From: Escherichia coli
GTDB lineage: Bacteria; Pseudomonadota; Gammaproteobacteria; Enterobacterales; Enterobacteriaceae
Strand: one strand, 5' to 3'
Assembly (NCBI RefSeq): GCF_003334315.1
Contig: NZ_QOWR01000051.1
Length of the DNA: 33,719 nucleotides
Shown: positions 10,707-23,370 of the stretch, piece after piece
Layout: every line of letters begins with the position of its first letter
Numbering within the stretch: the stretch's first letter is position 1
Translations under genes and position numbers: made by a program
Notes under the pieces: generated by a model
The model's input: only the letters and a program-made list of their open reading frames with translations
Databases searched by the model: none
What the model was told of the DNA's origin: nothing

Positions 10707-11795
10707 ATGATGAAGCGCAATATTCTGGCAGTGATCGTCCCTGCTCTGTTAGTAGCAGGTACTGCAAACGCTGCAGAAATCTATAACAAAGATGGCAACA
10801 AAGTAGATCTGTACGGTAAAGCTGTCGGTCTGCATTATTTCTCCAAGGGTAACGGTGAAAACAGTTACGGTGGCAATGGCGACATGACCTATGCCCGTCT
10901 TGGTTTTAAAGGGGAAACTCAAATCAATTCCGATCTGACCGGTTATGGTCAGTGGGAATATAACTTCCAGGGTAACAACTCTGAAGGCGCTGACGCTCAA
11001 ACTGGTAACAAAACGCGTCTGGCATTCGCGGGTCTTAAATACGCTGACGTTGGTTCTTTCGATTACGGCCGTAACTACGGTGTGGTTTATGATGCACTGG
11101 GTTACACCGATATGCTGCCTGAGTTTGGCGGTGACACGGCATACAGCGATGACTTCTTCGTTGGTCGTGTTGGCGGCGTTGCTACCTATCGTAACTCCAA
11201 CTTCTTTGGTCTGGTTGATGGCCTGAACTTCGCTGTTCAGTACCTGGGTAAAAACGAGCGTGACACTGCACGCCGCTCTAACGGCGACGGTGTTGGCGGT
11301 TCTATCAGCTACGAATACGAAGGCTTTGGTATCGTTGGTGCTTATGGTGCAGCTGACCGTACCAACCTGCAAGAAGCTCAACCTCTTGGCAACGGTAAAA
11401 AAGCTGAACAGTGGGCTACTGGTCTGAAGTACGACGCGAACAACATCTACCTGGCAGCGAACTACGGTGAAACCCGTAACGCTACGCCGATCACTAATAA
11501 ATTTACAAACACCAGCGGCTTCGCCAACAAAACGCAAGACGTTCTGTTAGTTGCGCAATACCAGTTCGATTTCGGTCTGCGTCCGTCCATCGCTTACACC
11601 AAATCTAAAGCGAAAGACGTAGAAGGTATCGGTGATGTTGATCTGGTGAACTACTTTGAAGTGGGCGCAACCTACTACTTCAACAAAAACATGTCCACCT
11701 ATGTTGACTACATCATCAACCAGATCGATTCTGACAACAAACTGGGCGTAGGTTCAGACGACACCGTTGCTGTGGGTATCGTTTACCAGTTCTAA
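10707..11795 (+). CDS. ompF: Outer membrane porin F
   Basis: 362 aa with signal peptide [22 protein letters not shown], mature [10 protein letters not shown]... and C-terminal VYQF; appears identical to K-12 OmpF from memory. Confidence 0.96.
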
Positions 11796-11820
11796 TAGCA
11801 CACCTCTTTGTTAAATGCCG

Positions 11821-11851
11821 AAAAAACAGGACTTTGGTCCTGTTTTTTTTA
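11821..11851 (+). terminator. Intrinsic terminator of ompF
   Basis: Stem aacaggac / gtcctgtt with loop tttg, followed by a T8 run. Confidence 0.8.
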
Positions 11852-11979
11852 TACCTTCCAGAGCAATCTCACGTCTTGCAAAAACAGCCTGAGTTTTCAT
11901 CAGTAATAGTTGGAATTTTGTAAATCTCCCGTTACCCTGATAGCGGACTTCCCTTCTGTAACCATAATGGAACCTCGTC

Positions 11980-13170
11980 ATGTTTGAGAACATTACCGCC
12001 GCTCCTGCCGACCCGATTCTGGGCCTGGCCGATCTGTTTCGTGCCGATGAACGTCCCGGCAAAATTAACCTCGGGATTGGTGTCTATAAAGATGAGACGG
12101 GCAAAACCCCGGTACTGACCAGCGTGAAAAAGGCTGAACAGTATCTGCTCGAAAATGAAACCACCAAAAATTACCTCGGCATTGACGGCATCCCTGAATT
12201 TGGTCGCTGCACTCAGGAACTGCTGTTTGGTAAAGGTAGCGCCCTGATCAATGACAAACGTGCTCGCACGGCACAGACTCCGGGGGGCACTGGCGCACTA
12301 CGCGTAGCTGCCGATTTCCTGGCAAAAAATACCAGCGTTAAGCGAGTGTGGGTGAGCAACCCAAGCTGGCCGAACCATAAGAGCGTCTTTAACTCTGCAG
12401 GTCTGGAAGTTCGTGAATACGCTTATTATGATGCGGAAAATCACACTCTTGACTTCGATGCACTGATTAACAGCCTGAATGAAGCTCAGGCTGGCGACGT
12501 AGTGCTGTTCCATGGCTGCTGCCATAACCCAACCGGTATCGACCCTACGCTGGAACAATGGCAGACACTGGCACAACTCTCCGTTGAGAAAGGCTGGTTA
12601 CCGCTGTTTGACTTCGCTTACCAGGGTTTTGCCCGTGGTCTGGAAGAAGATGCTGAAGGACTGCGCGCTTTCGCGGCTATGCATAAAGAGCTGATTGTTG
12701 CCAGTTCCTACTCTAAAAACTTTGGCCTGTACAACGAGCGTGTTGGCGCTTGTACTCTGGTTGCTGCCGACAGTGAAACCGTTGATCGCGCATTCAGCCA
12801 AATGAAAGCGGCGATTCGCGCTAACTACTCTAACCCACCAGCACACGGCGCTTCTGTTGTTGCCACCATCCTGAGCAACGATGCGTTACGTGCGATTTGG
12901 GAACAAGAGCTGACTGATATGCGCCAGCGTATTCAGCGTATGCGTCAGTTGTTCGTCAATACGCTGCAGGAAAAAGGCGCAAACCGCGACTTCAGCTTTA
13001 TCATCAAACAGAACGGCATGTTCTCCTTCAGTGGCCTGACAAAAGAACAAGTGCTGCGTCTGCGCGAAGAGTTTGGCGTATATGCGGTTGCTTCTGGTCG
13101 CGTAAATGTGGCCGGGATGACACCAGATAACATGGCTCCGCTGTGCGAAGCGATTGTGGCAGTGCTGTAA
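11980..13170 (+). CDS. aspC: Aspartate aminotransferase
   Basis: 396 aa starting [21 protein letters not shown], with the PLP-lysine context [14 protein letters not shown]; matches AspC. Confidence 0.95.
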   Translation: MFENITAAPADPILGLADLFRADERPGKINLGIGVYKDETGKTPVLTSVKKAEQYLLENETTKNYLGIDGIPEFGRCTQELLFGKGSALINDKRARTAQTPGGTGALRVAADFLAKNTSVKRVWVSNPSWPNHKSVFNSAGLEVREYAYYDAENHTLDFDALINSLNEAQAGDVVLFHGCCHNPTGIDPTLEQWQTLAQLSVEKGWLPLFDFAYQGFARGLEEDAEGLRAFAAMHKELIVASSYSKNFGLYNERVGACTLVAADSETVDRAFSQMKAAIRANYSNPPAHGASVVATILSNDALRAIWEQELTDMRQRIQRMRQLFVNTLQEKGANRDFSFIIKQNGMFSFSGLTKEQVLRLREEFGVYAVASGRVNVAGMTPDNMAPLCEAIVAVL

Positions 13171-13186
13171 GCATTAAAAACAATGA

Positions 13187-13206
13187 AGCCCGCTGAAAAG
13201 CGGGCT
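13187..13206 (-). terminator. Hairpin with U-tract on the minus strand (candidate ycbL terminator)
   Basis: Stem agcccgct / agcgggct with loop gaaa; on the minus strand it is followed by tcattgttttt, while the plus-strand side lacks a T-run. Confidence 0.45.
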
Positions 13207-13230
13207 GAGACTGATGACAAACGTAACATT

Positions 13231-13330
13231 GCCTGATGCGCTACGCTTATCAGGCCTACGCGTCCCCTGCAATATTTTGAATTTGCACGATTTTGTAGGC
13301 CGGATAAGGCGCTCGTGCCGCATCCGGCAT
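13231..13330. repeat. REP/BIME element (two inverted REP units)
   Basis: gcctgatgcgctacgcttatcaggcctac (13231-13259) and gtaggccggataaggcgctcgtgccgcatccggcat (13295-13330) are typical REP palindromes in opposite orientation. Confidence 0.8.
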
Positions 13331-13359
13331 AAACAAAGCGCACTTTGCCAGAAATCCAG

Positions 13360-13386
13360 GCCCGCATTAAAAGCGGGCTTTTTTAT
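13360..13386 (+). terminator. Intrinsic terminator on the plus strand (candidate aspC terminator)
   Basis: Stem gcccgc / gcgggc with loop attaaaa, followed by ttttttat; sits 6 bp from the ycbL stop. Confidence 0.6.
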
Positions 13387-13391
13387 GTGCC

Positions 13392-14039
13392 TTACCAGAC
13401 GGGCATTTCGTCTTGCAGGAAGGGATTATGCAGGCGTTCATAACCAAGTGTGGATAATGGTCCGTGACCCGGAATAAATGTCACGTCATCCCCCAGTGGC
13501 AGCAATTTATCTTTGATTGAAGAAATCAGTTGATTATGATCGCCACGCGGGAAGTCACTGCGCCCTACTCCGCCTTTGAAAATAACATCGCCAGAAATCA
13601 GCAGCTTTGCCCGATCATCAAAAAACACTACATGACCCGGCGTATGCCCAGGGCAATGTAACACCTGTAAAGTCACATTCCCTATGCTGATGGTATCGCC
13701 TTCGTTCAGCCAACGATCTGGCGTCAGCGGCTGGCACTCTTCCAGACCAAACATACGACTTTGCGCAGGCAAGCCTTGCAGCCAGAACTCATCTTCTTTT
13801 TCCGGGCCAAAAACTGGCACGCCGTAATGTTGCGCCAGTTCCGCCGCTGCGCCAACGTGGTCCAGATGACCATGCGTCAGCAGGATCTGCATCAGTGTCA
13901 GGCCGCTGTCATCAACTTCCTGTTTGATTTTTTCCGCATCGCCGCCAGGATCGACCAGTGCGGCCAGACGGGTTTGTTCACACCAGATTAATGAACAGTT
14001 CTGGGAGAATGCGGTGACCGGAATAATACGATAGTTCAT
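13392..14039 (-). CDS. ycbL: Metallo-beta-lactamase fold glyoxalase II-like hydrolase
   Basis: 215 aa with the LLTHGHLDH metal-binding motif; matches E. coli YcbL (GloC) in length and sequence. Confidence 0.9.
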   Translation of the reverse strand: MNYRIIPVTAFSQNCSLIWCEQTRLAALVDPGGDAEKIKQEVDDSGLTLMQILLTHGHLDHVGAAAELAQHYGVPVFGPEKEDEFWLQGLPAQSRMFGLEECQPLTPDRWLNEGDTISIGNVTLQVLHCPGHTPGHVVFFDDRAKLLISGDVIFKGGVGRSDFPRGDHNQLISSIKDKLLPLGDDVTFIPGHGPLSTLGYERLHNPFLQDEMPVW

Positions 14040-14065
14040 ACTGCCCCTGTTTCGTTAAGCGATTG

Positions 14066-14614
14066 CTACCAGTGCCGTGCTGGCCCGGTATCAATATGCA
14101 CAAAGTTACTACGTGGGTAATATCCTACACCACCTGCGCGCATAGATAACGCGGCTTTGCGAATATTGCTTAACGCGATACCTTCAATATGGAAATCCAT
14201 CGCCTGGCCTTTAGTGTGATAGCTTTTCTTCGCTACTCCACGGCTGCGGGCGCGTAGTTCATTGTTGGTATCAATAGAACGATAACCGGAAATGAGTTGC
14301 ACCGGTTTGCGCGTGCCTAACAACCCTTGCAGGCGATACAACTGGTCGAATAATCCTGGGTCGATGGACTTTATTTTGTTCGCGCGGTAATCGCGGAAAA
14401 AATGGTTAAGTTTTGCCAATTCTTCCTGAATATAGCCTCTGCCATCGAAAAACTCCGCTTTGATTGACTCTCCGGTATGAAGATTATTGAGTGTCAAAAT
14501 GCGCGGGCGTGGGGTAGAGAGTGTTGCAAACGCAGGGGTCGGCAGGATGGCGGCACCGAGTGCAACGCCACCAAGCGCCAGCAATTTGCGGCGATTAGCG
14601 TCGAATTTGTCCAT
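14066..14614 (-). CDS. mepK: Peptidoglycan endopeptidase with twin-arginine signal (YcbK/MepK)
   Basis: ORF track gives 185 aa from 14623; the expected 182-aa start MDKFDANRRKLLALGG (Tat-type RRK motif) is the ATG ending at 14614. Confidence 0.85.
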   Translation of the reverse strand: MDKFDANRRKLLALGGVALGAAILPTPAFATLSTPRPRILTLNNLHTGESIKAEFFDGRGYIQEELAKLNHFFRDYRANKIKSIDPGLFDQLYRLQGLLGTRKPVQLISGYRSIDTNNELRARSRGVAKKSYHTKGQAMDFHIEGIALSNIRKAALSMRAGGVGYYPRSNFVHIDTGPARHW

Positions 14615-14794
14615 GATAATCAAGTCTACAGGTCAATGTTATCGTTTATATGCACTTCTGGCGCACAAGAGGCACCTTAACCGCCCGTAAAGCAGACGTC
14701 AAGATGACTCAACCCCAGCAGTGACGGGGGCTGCAGAGAATCGCCCCCAATCATGCTAATTATTACGACAACTGATTTCCCCGAACTACTTCAT

Positions 14795-16642
14795 TTACCT
14801 GATTAATTGTTCCGCTTTCGATACGATTTGCGAGCTGGATCGCGCAGGCAGATCATAATTGTAAATATCTGTACGATACTGGGTACGACCATCTGCACCA
14901 ACAAAGGCCGTCAGGTAGTAGAGATTCACCGGAATCGACTGCCGAATATTGACGTAACGTGTATCACCCTGCTTCAGCGCATCAGAAATACGTTTGTCAT
15001 TCCAGCCTGCATCCTGCAACAGCATATTCGCCAGATCGGAAGCTTTATTCACTCGTACACAGCCTGAGCTCAATGCGCGTGTATCACGCTTGAACAGATT
15101 GTGGTTCGGCGTGTCATGCAAATAAATGGCCTCTGAACTCGGCATATTGAATTTATAGCGCCCCAGCGAGTTCCGTGGGCCTGGAGCCTGCTGGAAGCGG
15201 AACGGTAAATTCGAGGCCGTGATTGTAGACCAGTCAACCTGCCATGGGTCAATCGCTTCTCTGCTGTTCCAGCCGCGCATCACCGTATAGCCATGGCTTT
15301 CGAGATATCCCGGATCGTTGCGCACTTTTGGCAGAATATCTTTGCGTGCCAGAGTTGGAGGTACGTTCCACGGCGGGTTTACCACTACGTTGTTAAGGGC
15401 ACTGCTCATCATCGGCGTTTTGCGATCGGGGCGACCGACAATGACTCGCGAATCCAGCACCTGATTGCCGTTCTGATAGTAGACCAGCGAATAGGCCGGA
15501 ATGTTAACCATGATCCCGGTAGAAAGCTCTGTTGGCAGCAAGCGCAATCGCTGGATGTTGAGAGCCAACACGCCAGCACGCTGGGCGGGCGTTACGTTTA
15601 ACCAGTCACGTGTTGCCGGGCCAATAGCACCATCTGCCCCCAATCCTTGCCATGCCTGAAAACGTTTAACGGCTTCCACCAGTTCATTATCGTAGGCGGC
15701 GCGAACGGCAGGCGCAGGTTTACTACGAGACGTCGTTTGCTTATCCATCGGCTTAGTTTCTGCTGTTTCAACAGTAACAGCGGATGGGCTGACTACCGCG
15801 TCAGTTGGCGTGTCATCGCCAGGTAGAGTAATTTTCGGCCCCCCGTCCAACATGCCTGTGCGTTGCAATATTTCGCGCAACGCCGGTACGTCGTTACTCC
15901 ACTGCCCTGGGCGCAACGTTGCTTTGCCGGTCAGTTGGGGCCACGGTTTGGTGTCACAGAGTAAGGCCAGTAACGATTCATGCATCGCCGCATATTGCGG
16001 ATGCTGCGGTGCCAGTCCTGCAACAAACGTAGGCAATTGACCTTTATCCAGCGCCAGCTGCCATTGGTTAATCACCGAGAGCGGCGGCGTTGCAAGTGCA
16101 TAAGGTTTACTGCTATATAGCCAGCGAGTGCCTTTGACCGGAATATTTGCAATGAAATGGAGATAGCCCATCATCGCATCAGAGAGCACCACGTCGCGTG
16201 CCATCCCGTTAACACCAGGATCGGTCAGTAACTCTACCCATTTATTAAACTGCGGCTGGAAACCGGCAATCGCCACCTCTGCCAGCTGTTGCTGGAAGGC
16301 TTTAACAGCATCACGGTTTTCCCACATGGGTTGCATATCGCGTGCGGCATACAACAGTTGAAGCTGGTTAAGATAAACCGGCTTGTAACCTGCGGGTAAT
16401 TGAGATTCGATTTGCGTGCGGGCTTTTTCTGCCGCACCTTCAGGCAATGGCTGGATCCCCGCCATTATTGCCGTGGCTTGCGCCTGCGGCAGTGCCTCGC
16501 CCTGTTCACTGACAGCCACCGGGCTGTCGCCAGGGATTACTTCAGGCTCATCGGCCTGCGCATTGAACAGTGGAGCGAATGTTACGGCCAGGCACAAACT
16601 GATTGCCGACAGCCGACGACCACACATCATATTAAGCAACAT
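14795..16642 (-). CDS. ldtD: L,D-transpeptidase LdtD (YcbB)
   Basis: 615 aa with N-terminal signal sequence and a C-terminal catalytic region containing ...HDTPNHNLF...SSGCVRV...; matches YcbB. Confidence 0.92.
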   Translation of the reverse strand: MLLNMMCGRRLSAISLCLAVTFAPLFNAQADEPEVIPGDSPVAVSEQGEALPQAQATAIMAGIQPLPEGAAEKARTQIESQLPAGYKPVYLNQLQLLYAARDMQPMWENRDAVKAFQQQLAEVAIAGFQPQFNKWVELLTDPGVNGMARDVVLSDAMMGYLHFIANIPVKGTRWLYSSKPYALATPPLSVINQWQLALDKGQLPTFVAGLAPQHPQYAAMHESLLALLCDTKPWPQLTGKATLRPGQWSNDVPALREILQRTGMLDGGPKITLPGDDTPTDAVVSPSAVTVETAETKPMDKQTTSRSKPAPAVRAAYDNELVEAVKRFQAWQGLGADGAIGPATRDWLNVTPAQRAGVLALNIQRLRLLPTELSTGIMVNIPAYSLVYYQNGNQVLDSRVIVGRPDRKTPMMSSALNNVVVNPPWNVPPTLARKDILPKVRNDPGYLESHGYTVMRGWNSREAIDPWQVDWSTITASNLPFRFQQAPGPRNSLGRYKFNMPSSEAIYLHDTPNHNLFKRDTRALSSGCVRVNKASDLANMLLQDAGWNDKRISDALKQGDTRYVNIRQSIPVNLYYLTAFVGADGRTQYRTDIYNYDLPARSSSQIVSKAEQLIR

Positions 16643-16801
16643 CCCTTGCCCCCTGTTTTTATCATACTCTGAATAGCCAGGCTGTTATTTTACGACTTGC
16701 CTGTACAACGCCAATACTCACGAAAGTATGACGAGCAAGCCTGTTACTCATCAGGCTTATCTTCAGTATATAAACGCCGATACGTTTTTACATAACCTAA
16801 T

Positions 16802-16816
16802 GTAAAGAAGTTTAAA
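16802..16816. promoter_or_regulatory. Putative CpxR box upstream of ldtD
   Basis: gtaaa-gaagt-ttaaa is one mismatch from the GTAAA-N5-GTAAA CpxR consensus, about 160 bp upstream of the ldtD start; ldtD is a reported Cpx regulon member. Found by eye only. Confidence 0.3.
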
Positions 16817-16860
16817 GAAAAGCGCGCCGTAATGTGCCACTTTTTTAGTGCAGAAACGGA

Positions 16861-16898
16861 GTTTTCGGAAAAAGAAAAGGCGGCATTGCTGCCGCCTT
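16861..16898 (-). terminator. Intrinsic terminator of mukB (end of smtA-mukFEB operon)
   Basis: On the minus strand, hairpin aaggcggca / tgccgcctt directly after the mukB stop, followed by ttttctttttcc. Confidence 0.8.
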
Positions 16899-16902
16899 AA
16901 TT

Positions 16903-19900
16903 TTAACTCGCCTGAGAAGGCGCTTCGTCAGTTCCTGGAAGCGTTTCAGGGAGTTGCGGCGCAAATCCTCGCAGGCCGACGACATGAACGTGTTCGGTAT
17001 TCTGGAAGACTTTACGCACCAGTTTATAGGTGGTGCCTTTCTCCGGGCTGATATTTTCCGGCGCTGCGATGATGAGTTGCATTTGCAAACGCTCACACAA
17101 TTCAAACAGCGTGGCGATAGAACGAGCATCCAGTCGCGCTGCTTCATCGAGGAACAGCAGGCGGCAAGGAGAGATATCTTTACCGCGCAGGCGGCGAGAT
17201 TCATCTTCCCAGCTTTGTACCACCATCACCAGAATCGACATACCGGTACCAATCGCCTCACCGGTCGACAATGCACCAGACTCTGCGCGCAGCCAGCCAT
17301 CGGAACCACGGTTAACCTCAACTTCCATTTCCAGATAGTTGCGGTAATCCAGCAGTTCTTCACCGATGGTCTGCGGCGTGCGCTGCCCCATATCAATCTG
17401 CGGGTTAAGACGTTGATACAGTTTCGCCAGCGCTTCCGAGAAGGTCAAACGGTTGCTGTTAAACAGATCCTGATGCTGCTCGTGCTGTTCAGAGAGCACA
17501 TCCAGTAGCATGGCGTGCGTTTCACGCACGTTCACGTTGAGACGCACGCTGTTCACCTGACCAAACGATACGTTCTGCAACCCCTGGTTGAGCATACGGA
17601 TACGGTTCTGCTCGCGCTGAATGGTTTTGCGAATGATGTTCGCCACGCTGCGGGAACTGATCGCCAGTTTCTGTTCACGGGAGGTTAATTCTTCGGTCAG
17701 ACGGCTAAGTTCAATCTCCATCTGTTCGATAGCTTCCACCGGATCATCGGTACGAATAATATCCTGACGAATACGTTCACGCAGATGCTGATAAACCGCC
17801 ACGAAGAACTGAATTTTACGCTCCGGACGTTTCGGATCTTCCGACATGCGCAGCACGTCGCGCAGATGTTCGTTATCCGCCACCGCCAGACGCAGCGCAC
17901 CTAACGCCTTATCCGACATGGAACGCAAATCATCAGCGGAGAGATAAGCCAGCTCACGACGGTGTAAGCGGCGCTCAACGCCGTTATCTTTCACCATGCG
18001 CATCACCGCACACCAGCCCGCTTTGGCGGTCACTACCTGCTCGCGCATCTCAAAGTAATCCCGCTCCAGCTTGCGCAGTTTGCGGGTCAGGTTGTCCATC
18101 TCCGCTTCGCAGAAGGTAAGCGCTTTTTCCAGTTGATTGCGGCGTGAACGGTTATTGCTCAGTTGCGCATGCAGCTCGTCACGGCGAATACGCGCCCGCT
18201 CTTCTGCCCCGCTATCAGCACGCACGCCGATATCCTGCAATTCACGTTGCAGATCGTTGAGTAGCTCTTTTTTGGTGTCGTAAGAACTTTTCAGCGAAGC
18301 CAGCACCTGGTTGTACTGACTCAACTGCGCTGCGTGACCGCGCAACGCTTCGCGAGCGCGGGTACGCTCCGCTTCCGCCTGTTCCAGACGTTCACGCAGT
18401 TTTTCGTTGAGATCGCTGTTACCGCTAAGCATTTCTGCCGAGTCAGAATAGCTAAAGTGCGCACGACGCTGCACCACTTCCGTCAGGGCAAACGCCTGCT
18501 GACGGGCATCGCGCTGCATCTGCTGAGAGTACGCGTAATCTTCTTTTAACTGTTCGAACTGTTCCGGGTCGCTCTGCAATACCGAAACAATCGGTTCCAG
18601 TTTCGCCAGTTGATTGCCAAACTGCTGAACAAAACGCGCGGCTTCCTGGGCTTCATCCAGACGTTCGCGGATTTCATCGACGCGATCCGCCAGGCTGTCA
18701 TCAGCCAACAGGTTGAGACGCGGCAGAATGCGGTTCAGCGCCGTAACGCCCTCTTTCGCCTGCTCAAACTGAATACGCTGCTGCTGGTTATCATTTTCAT
18801 GATTACTTAACGCCCGCTCCAGTTCGACGCGACGGCTGTTCAGTTGACGGATTTCTGCTTCCGGGTCAGACTCAAACGCAACCGCCAGATGACTGCCGAT
18901 AAAGCGGCTGAACGCCTGATGCAGACGCTGAGTTTTCTGTACATCAAAGGAGAGCGTGGCGAAGCGTTCGGAAAGCACTTCACGCTCGGCATGGAGGCTT
19001 TCAATACGGCTTTCACGCGCAGCACGACCAAACAGCGGCACTTCCGGGAAACGTGAATAACGCCACTGACGATCGGCGATTTTCACCACTACCGCTTTTT
19101 CCAGCTCATCAACGCTGAACACGCTGTCATCGAATGACTGCGGATCTCCTTCGATCAGATAGAGATCTTCCGGGCAATCGGTCAAGCCTTCCAGGTGTTC
19201 AGTTACCTGTGACAGATCTGGCACCACGATGGCGTGGCGTGACGGGCCATACAGCGCTGAGAAGTACGGCGCATCTTCCAGGCTAACGTCGTCATAAATT
19301 TCTGACAGCAGCACACCACCAAAACGCTCCGCCAGCGCGTTCAGACGCTGATCTTCAGAGCCGCCAGGCTGGCTTAAACGTTCGATCTCTTCATCGACGG
19401 CGTTTTTGCGCGCGCCCACTTCATCGCGTTCAACAATCGCCTCTCGCTCACGCTCCAGCAACTGTTGCAGATATTCGGTGACGTCCTGGCTGGAGGTAAA
19501 CTCTTCGCCGCACTGTTCGCTCAACTGGTTGAGACTGTTTTGCGCTGCCAGCCAAACCGGCGCACGCTGCATCAAACTCTGAATGCGAGACTGCAGCTGT
19601 TCCTGCTCCTGGCGCAGTGCCATGCGCTCTTCACGGGCGTTAGACACGCTATCGGAAAGAGAGGCAATGCGTGCTTCCAGTTCCTGATGCAGGGCTTCCA
19701 GTTCGTCGATATCAAAATTCTTGCCCTGACGTTTGCAGAAATCTGCCAGCAGACGCTCAGCTTCTTGCTGCTCGCGTAGACGCTGTTCCAGTTCGCTTAA
19801 TCGCATCCGCAGCGGCTGAACCTGCTCTGCCAGGTGACGCTGATCGACCCCTTCGCGCAATAGTTCGCGAGCGACATCCCACGCCTCGTTACGCGCCAGT

Positions 19901-21363
19901 GGGCCGTTGATTGCCACCACCAGCTGATAAGCCTGCTCAAACTGGCTGTGCGCGGTTTGCGCCATGCTCATTTTCTGCTCAAGAGAGAGCATTTTTTCAG
20001 TCGCTTCCAGCTCTTTCGCCTGGAAGGTTTCCAGCCATTCGGCGGCGCAGTCGGCGGTTAAGTCCGGCAGATGGCACAGTTCTTTGGCACGATTAAGCGC
20101 AGCAATCGCCTGGTTATACTGGATCGCGCGCGTTTGCTGGACGTCCAGCGCCTGCTGGTAGTCAGCAAGCTGGCTTTTCAGCTCGTCCACTTCCAGTTCG
20201 GCAGCTTCCGCACGAGCCTCATTCTCTTCCTGGCGTTCGATGGCTTCTGCCACCACTTCATTTTGCTCTTCCAGACGGATCTGCAGCTCATCGAGATCCG
20301 CTTCGTAGCGTTCGATCTTCTCCTGCTGACGCAGTGCGGTTTGCACCAGGTTCAGGTGATCACTGGCCGCCTGATAATCCGCTTCCAGATCGCCTTCGGC
20401 ACCGTTGTGCTCTGCCAGCTCACGCGCCATATCGACGTGTTTGTACTGCTCAGCCGCCAGTTGCTGACGCGAAGTATGTAGCTCGCGACGAAACTCCAGG
20501 GCTTTGTCGAGATGGACACGGCGCTCGTTGGCGTGACGCATGTAGTCCGCCGCCACGTAGTTGGTGGCTTCGCTGATCAGATGCTTAAACAGGTCGCGGT
20601 CCGACTGGGTGACACGAATCGCTTCCAGCGTCATACGGTTTTCACGCAGCGCCGCTTCCATGTCCTGGAACGCTTTACGCACGCCGCTGTTTTCTGGCAA
20701 CAGGTAGTCGCGCAGAGAACGGGTAATGGCACTGGAGATCCCGCCATACAGCGAAGCTTCGATCAGACGATAGAATTTGCTACGGTCAGATGCGGAGCGC
20801 AGACGACGCGCGATGATGCCCAGATCGAACATCAGCGAGTGGTAATCAGTAATGGAGTTGAACTGTTTAAACTGCACGCCTTCCATCGCCTCGAGCTTGT
20901 CTTTCAGCTCGTTAAGCGGCAGCACGCGCGCCTGGCGTTCGTTCAGGGTTTCGGTCACCAGCTGTGTCGGCTGCACCGACATCGGCAGTCCCTGAATGGC
21001 AAACGGCTTGATATCCACTTTACGATCGCGTCCGGCAACCTGTTGCAGACGCACACCGACCACCACGCGCTGGTGGCGCGAGTTAATGGTGTCGAGCATC
21101 GAATAACAGACACCCGCTTTCAGCTTACCGTGCAGACCTTTATCGCGCGAACCGCTGGTGGCCCCGGCTTCCGTAGTGTTACGGAAATGCAGCAGGGTCA
21201 GGTCGGGGATCAGCGCCGTAACGAACGCCGCCATGGTGGTGGATTTACCCGCCCCGTTACCGCCAGAAAGCGTCGTGACCAGCTCGTCAAGGTCAAAAGT
21301 TCGGGCAAAAAAGCCGTTCCAGTTAATCAGCGTCAGTGAGCGAAATTTACCGCGTTCAATCAT
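16903..21363 (-). CDS. mukB: Chromosome partition protein MukB (SMC-like condensin ATPase)
   Basis: 1486 aa with N-terminal Walker [10 protein letters not shown], long coiled-coil middle and C-terminal [11 protein letters not shown]; matches MukB. Confidence 0.96.
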   Translation of the reverse strand: MIERGKFRSLTLINWNGFFARTFDLDELVTTLSGGNGAGKSTTMAAFVTALIPDLTLLHFRNTTEAGATSGSRDKGLHGKLKAGVCYSMLDTINSRHQRVVVGVRLQQVAGRDRKVDIKPFAIQGLPMSVQPTQLVTETLNERQARVLPLNELKDKLEAMEGVQFKQFNSITDYHSLMFDLGIIARRLRSASDRSKFYRLIEASLYGGISSAITRSLRDYLLPENSGVRKAFQDMEAALRENRMTLEAIRVTQSDRDLFKHLISEATNYVAADYMRHANERRVHLDKALEFRRELHTSRQQLAAEQYKHVDMARELAEHNGAEGDLEADYQAASDHLNLVQTALRQQEKIERYEADLDELQIRLEEQNEVVAEAIERQEENEARAEAAELEVDELKSQLADYQQALDVQQTRAIQYNQAIAALNRAKELCHLPDLTADCAAEWLETFQAKELEATEKMLSLEQKMSMAQTAHSQFEQAYQLVVAINGPLARNEAWDVARELLREGVDQRHLAEQVQPLRMRLSELEQRLREQQEAERLLADFCKRQGKNFDIDELEALHQELEARIASLSDSVSNAREERMALRQEQEQLQSRIQSLMQRAPVWLAAQNSLNQLSEQCGEEFTSSQDVTEYLQQLLEREREAIVERDEVGARKNAVDEEIERLSQPGGSEDQRLNALAERFGGVLLSEIYDDVSLEDAPYFSALYGPSRHAIVVPDLSQVTEHLEGLTDCPEDLYLIEGDPQSFDDSVFSVDELEKAVVVKIADRQWRYSRFPEVPLFGRAARESRIESLHAEREVLSERFATLSFDVQKTQRLHQAFSRFIGSHLAVAFESDPEAEIRQLNSRRVELERALSNHENDNQQQRIQFEQAKEGVTALNRILPRLNLLADDSLADRVDEIRERLDEAQEAARFVQQFGNQLAKLEPIVSVLQSDPEQFEQLKEDYAYSQQMQRDARQQAFALTEVVQRRAHFSYSDSAEMLSGNSDLNEKLRERLEQAEAERTRAREALRGHAAQLSQYNQVLASLKSSYDTKKELLNDLQRELQDIGVRADSGAEERARIRRDELHAQLSNNRSRRNQLEKALTFCEAEMDNLTRKLRKLERDYFEMREQVVTAKAGWCAVMRMVKDNGVERRLHRRELAYLSADDLRSMSDKALGALRLAVADNEHLRDVLRMSEDPKRPERKIQFFVAVYQHLRERIRQDIIRTDDPVEAIEQMEIELSRLTEELTSREQKLAISSRSVANIIRKTIQREQNRIRMLNQGLQNVSFGQVNSVRLNVNVRETHAMLLDVLSEQHEQHQDLFNSNRLTFSEALAKLYQRLNPQIDMGQRTPQTIGEELLDYRNYLEMEVEVNRGSDGWLRAESGALSTGEAIGTGMSILVMVVQSWEDESRRLRGKDISPCRLLFLDEAARLDARSIATLFELCERLQMQLIIAAPENISPEKGTTYKLVRKVFQNTEHVHVVGLRGFAPQLPETLPGTDEAPSQAS

Positions 21364-22067
21364 TATTCTTCCTCTCCGCTATCTGGCTGATTCTCTTCGG
21401 TTTCATCGTTGAGTTGCAGATGATTTTCAATCGGCATTGCTTCGCCATCACGAATCAGGCGACGCTGTGCTTCACGGGGATCGTCGCCAGCACGCACATC
21501 GGCTCCGAAGCGGAACACCGATTCGGTAATGCGAAACTTGCTGCTGTCGTGGCCCATAAACCACACCATGCCTAAACGACGCAGACGGTTGAGCGAAGAA
21601 CGTACTTTCTCCTGCAACTTCTGACGGTCAACGTCTGAACCGGTTGAACGGTTGTTCACCAGTTTCAGCAGTTTTGCTTCATCGGCCAGGGTGAGCAGTT
21701 CGTCGTACAGTTCCTGCTGGGTGAAAATCCCCTCATTCGCCAGCCGTTCCGGGCTGAGATAGAGATAACAGAGGATTTTCCCGACCATCATATCCAGTTC
21801 CGACAAGACGGAACGAGGGATCAGCGTGGTGGAACGTGGGCGTAAATAGAAGAACCCTTCTGGTGCGCGAATAAGCTCAACGTTATAACGCGCGTAAAAC
21901 TCTTCCAGATATTCCTGAAAATCCATCAGGAATGCATGATTATCCAGTTCGTCGAGGCCAATATGGCGTCCTGAACGTAAGGCGCTGTCCAGCGCCGGAA
22001 ATAACGGATTCGCCAGCGCCTGCGCCAGCTTAACCGGCATCACTTGTTCAATATTTGTCGATGACAT
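21363..22067 (-). CDS. mukE: Chromosome partition protein MukE
   Basis: ORF track gives 243 aa from 22094; the expected 234-aa start [16 protein letters not shown]... is at 22067 (start assignment from memory, less certain). Stop overlaps the mukB start by 1 bp. Confidence 0.88.
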
Positions 22068-23370
22068 GCGCCTGTACCTTGGCTCCGTAATCATTAATCG
22101 GCTGCCATTTCGCTGGCAGTCCGGTGAAATCTGCTTGCGCTACGCCAAGACGTACCGCCTGATCAATAACAATACGCGCAACGTCAAAGTGACGTGCACG
22201 CGGATACTGTGACAGATATTCGCGTACCACCAGACCAAGATCCAGCGGCACTTGTCTGGTTTTGTACACGGCAAGTTGTTCTTCGATGATCGCCGCCAGC
22301 TGTTCGCGGATCTCGTTAAACTCTTCGTATTCCAGATCCTCAGGAAGTTCCCCAGTCACTTCTTCATCGCGCAGTGCCATCTCTTCGTCACGCATATCCA
22401 GCAGACGATCGGCATTGGCATAAGTTAGCGCCCACGGCTCATCAAAATAGGTTTGTACCGACTGACGTAACCGCTGAGCAAAGACGCGGTTTTTATCCAT
22501 ATCGATCGCGGTACGAATAAATTTGTGTACGTGGCGGTCGTAGCCAATCCACAAGTCGATGGATTGCTGGCCCCAACTGATAATACGATCGAGTTTGCTC
22601 TGCAGATCGAACACCAGACGATCGACGAAATGCAGATCGTCATGGGTCATCGTCGCATCCTGAATGCGCAACAGATTAGCCTGCAATTTGTCGCCTGCCG
22701 CTTCCAGCGTATCCTGCAATTCACGCAGCGTTCCGGAAGTTTCCGAAAGCAACAATTCACAGCTGGAAATCGCCGCCCGCCAGTCTTTGTTCAGCAACTG
22801 GGCGATATCGTCCTTCACCTGCTGCTGCTGTTCGTCCATCAGACGTTGCGTCAGGTCGATACTGTCGAAAATTTCTGCTACCGAATATTTCAGTGGCGCA
22901 TAGACATTACGGTGCCAGTGAAATTCATCACCGCCCTCTTCGGCGGCATCTGCTGCGCGTTTGAGCTCACCCGCCACAATCGACAACTGCATAGAAAGAC
23001 GCAGCGTAGAAAACTCGCGCTGACGGATGTAGTAGTCAGTAATGCCGATGCCGAGCGGCGTCAGACGGTAAATTGCGTTCCCTTCCGCCTGCTCGCTGGT
23101 AAAGCGGTTCAGCAGACGTTGACGCACCATGTCGTTGATCGCGTTATTGGCGCGCACGCCGATGGTTTCGCTGGTTTGCTCAAACGCATCACTCACATGG
23201 CGGAATGCATCCACCAGCTCGCCTTCACTCATCTCACCATCCAGACGCTCGCCGTTCAGCGTGGCAACCGCCAGCAGAAAAGAGAGTCGGTCTACCGGCA
23301 GCGAGATGGAGAAGTCATTTTTTCTGGCCCAGGCAACCAGTTCGGGGACTGTCTGGGAAAATTCACTCAT
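22048..23370 (-). CDS. mukF: Chromosome partition protein MukF (kleisin)
   Basis: 440 aa starting [22 protein letters not shown]...; overlaps the mukE start by about 20 bp. Confidence 0.95.

Noticed and set aside
10749-11537. 262-aa minus-strand ORF antisense to ompF
   Set aside because: ompF on the plus strand is unambiguous (signal peptide, porin sequence, C-terminal Phe); the antisense ORF is a mirror-frame artefact with a Thr/Val-rich low-complexity translation.
14726-14748. Perfect hairpin gggggctgcagagaatcgccccc downstream of ldtD
   Set aside because: No U-tract on either strand, so I could not support it as an intrinsic terminator; it may be a processing or stability element, but nothing in the sequence decides this.
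20512-21339. 275-aa plus-strand ORF antisense to mukB (plus many 60-180 aa ORFs across 16954-20576)
   Set aside because: Embedded antisense in mukB, whose frame is supported by ATPase motifs and full expected length; translations are Arg/His/Gln-rich with no recognisable domain.
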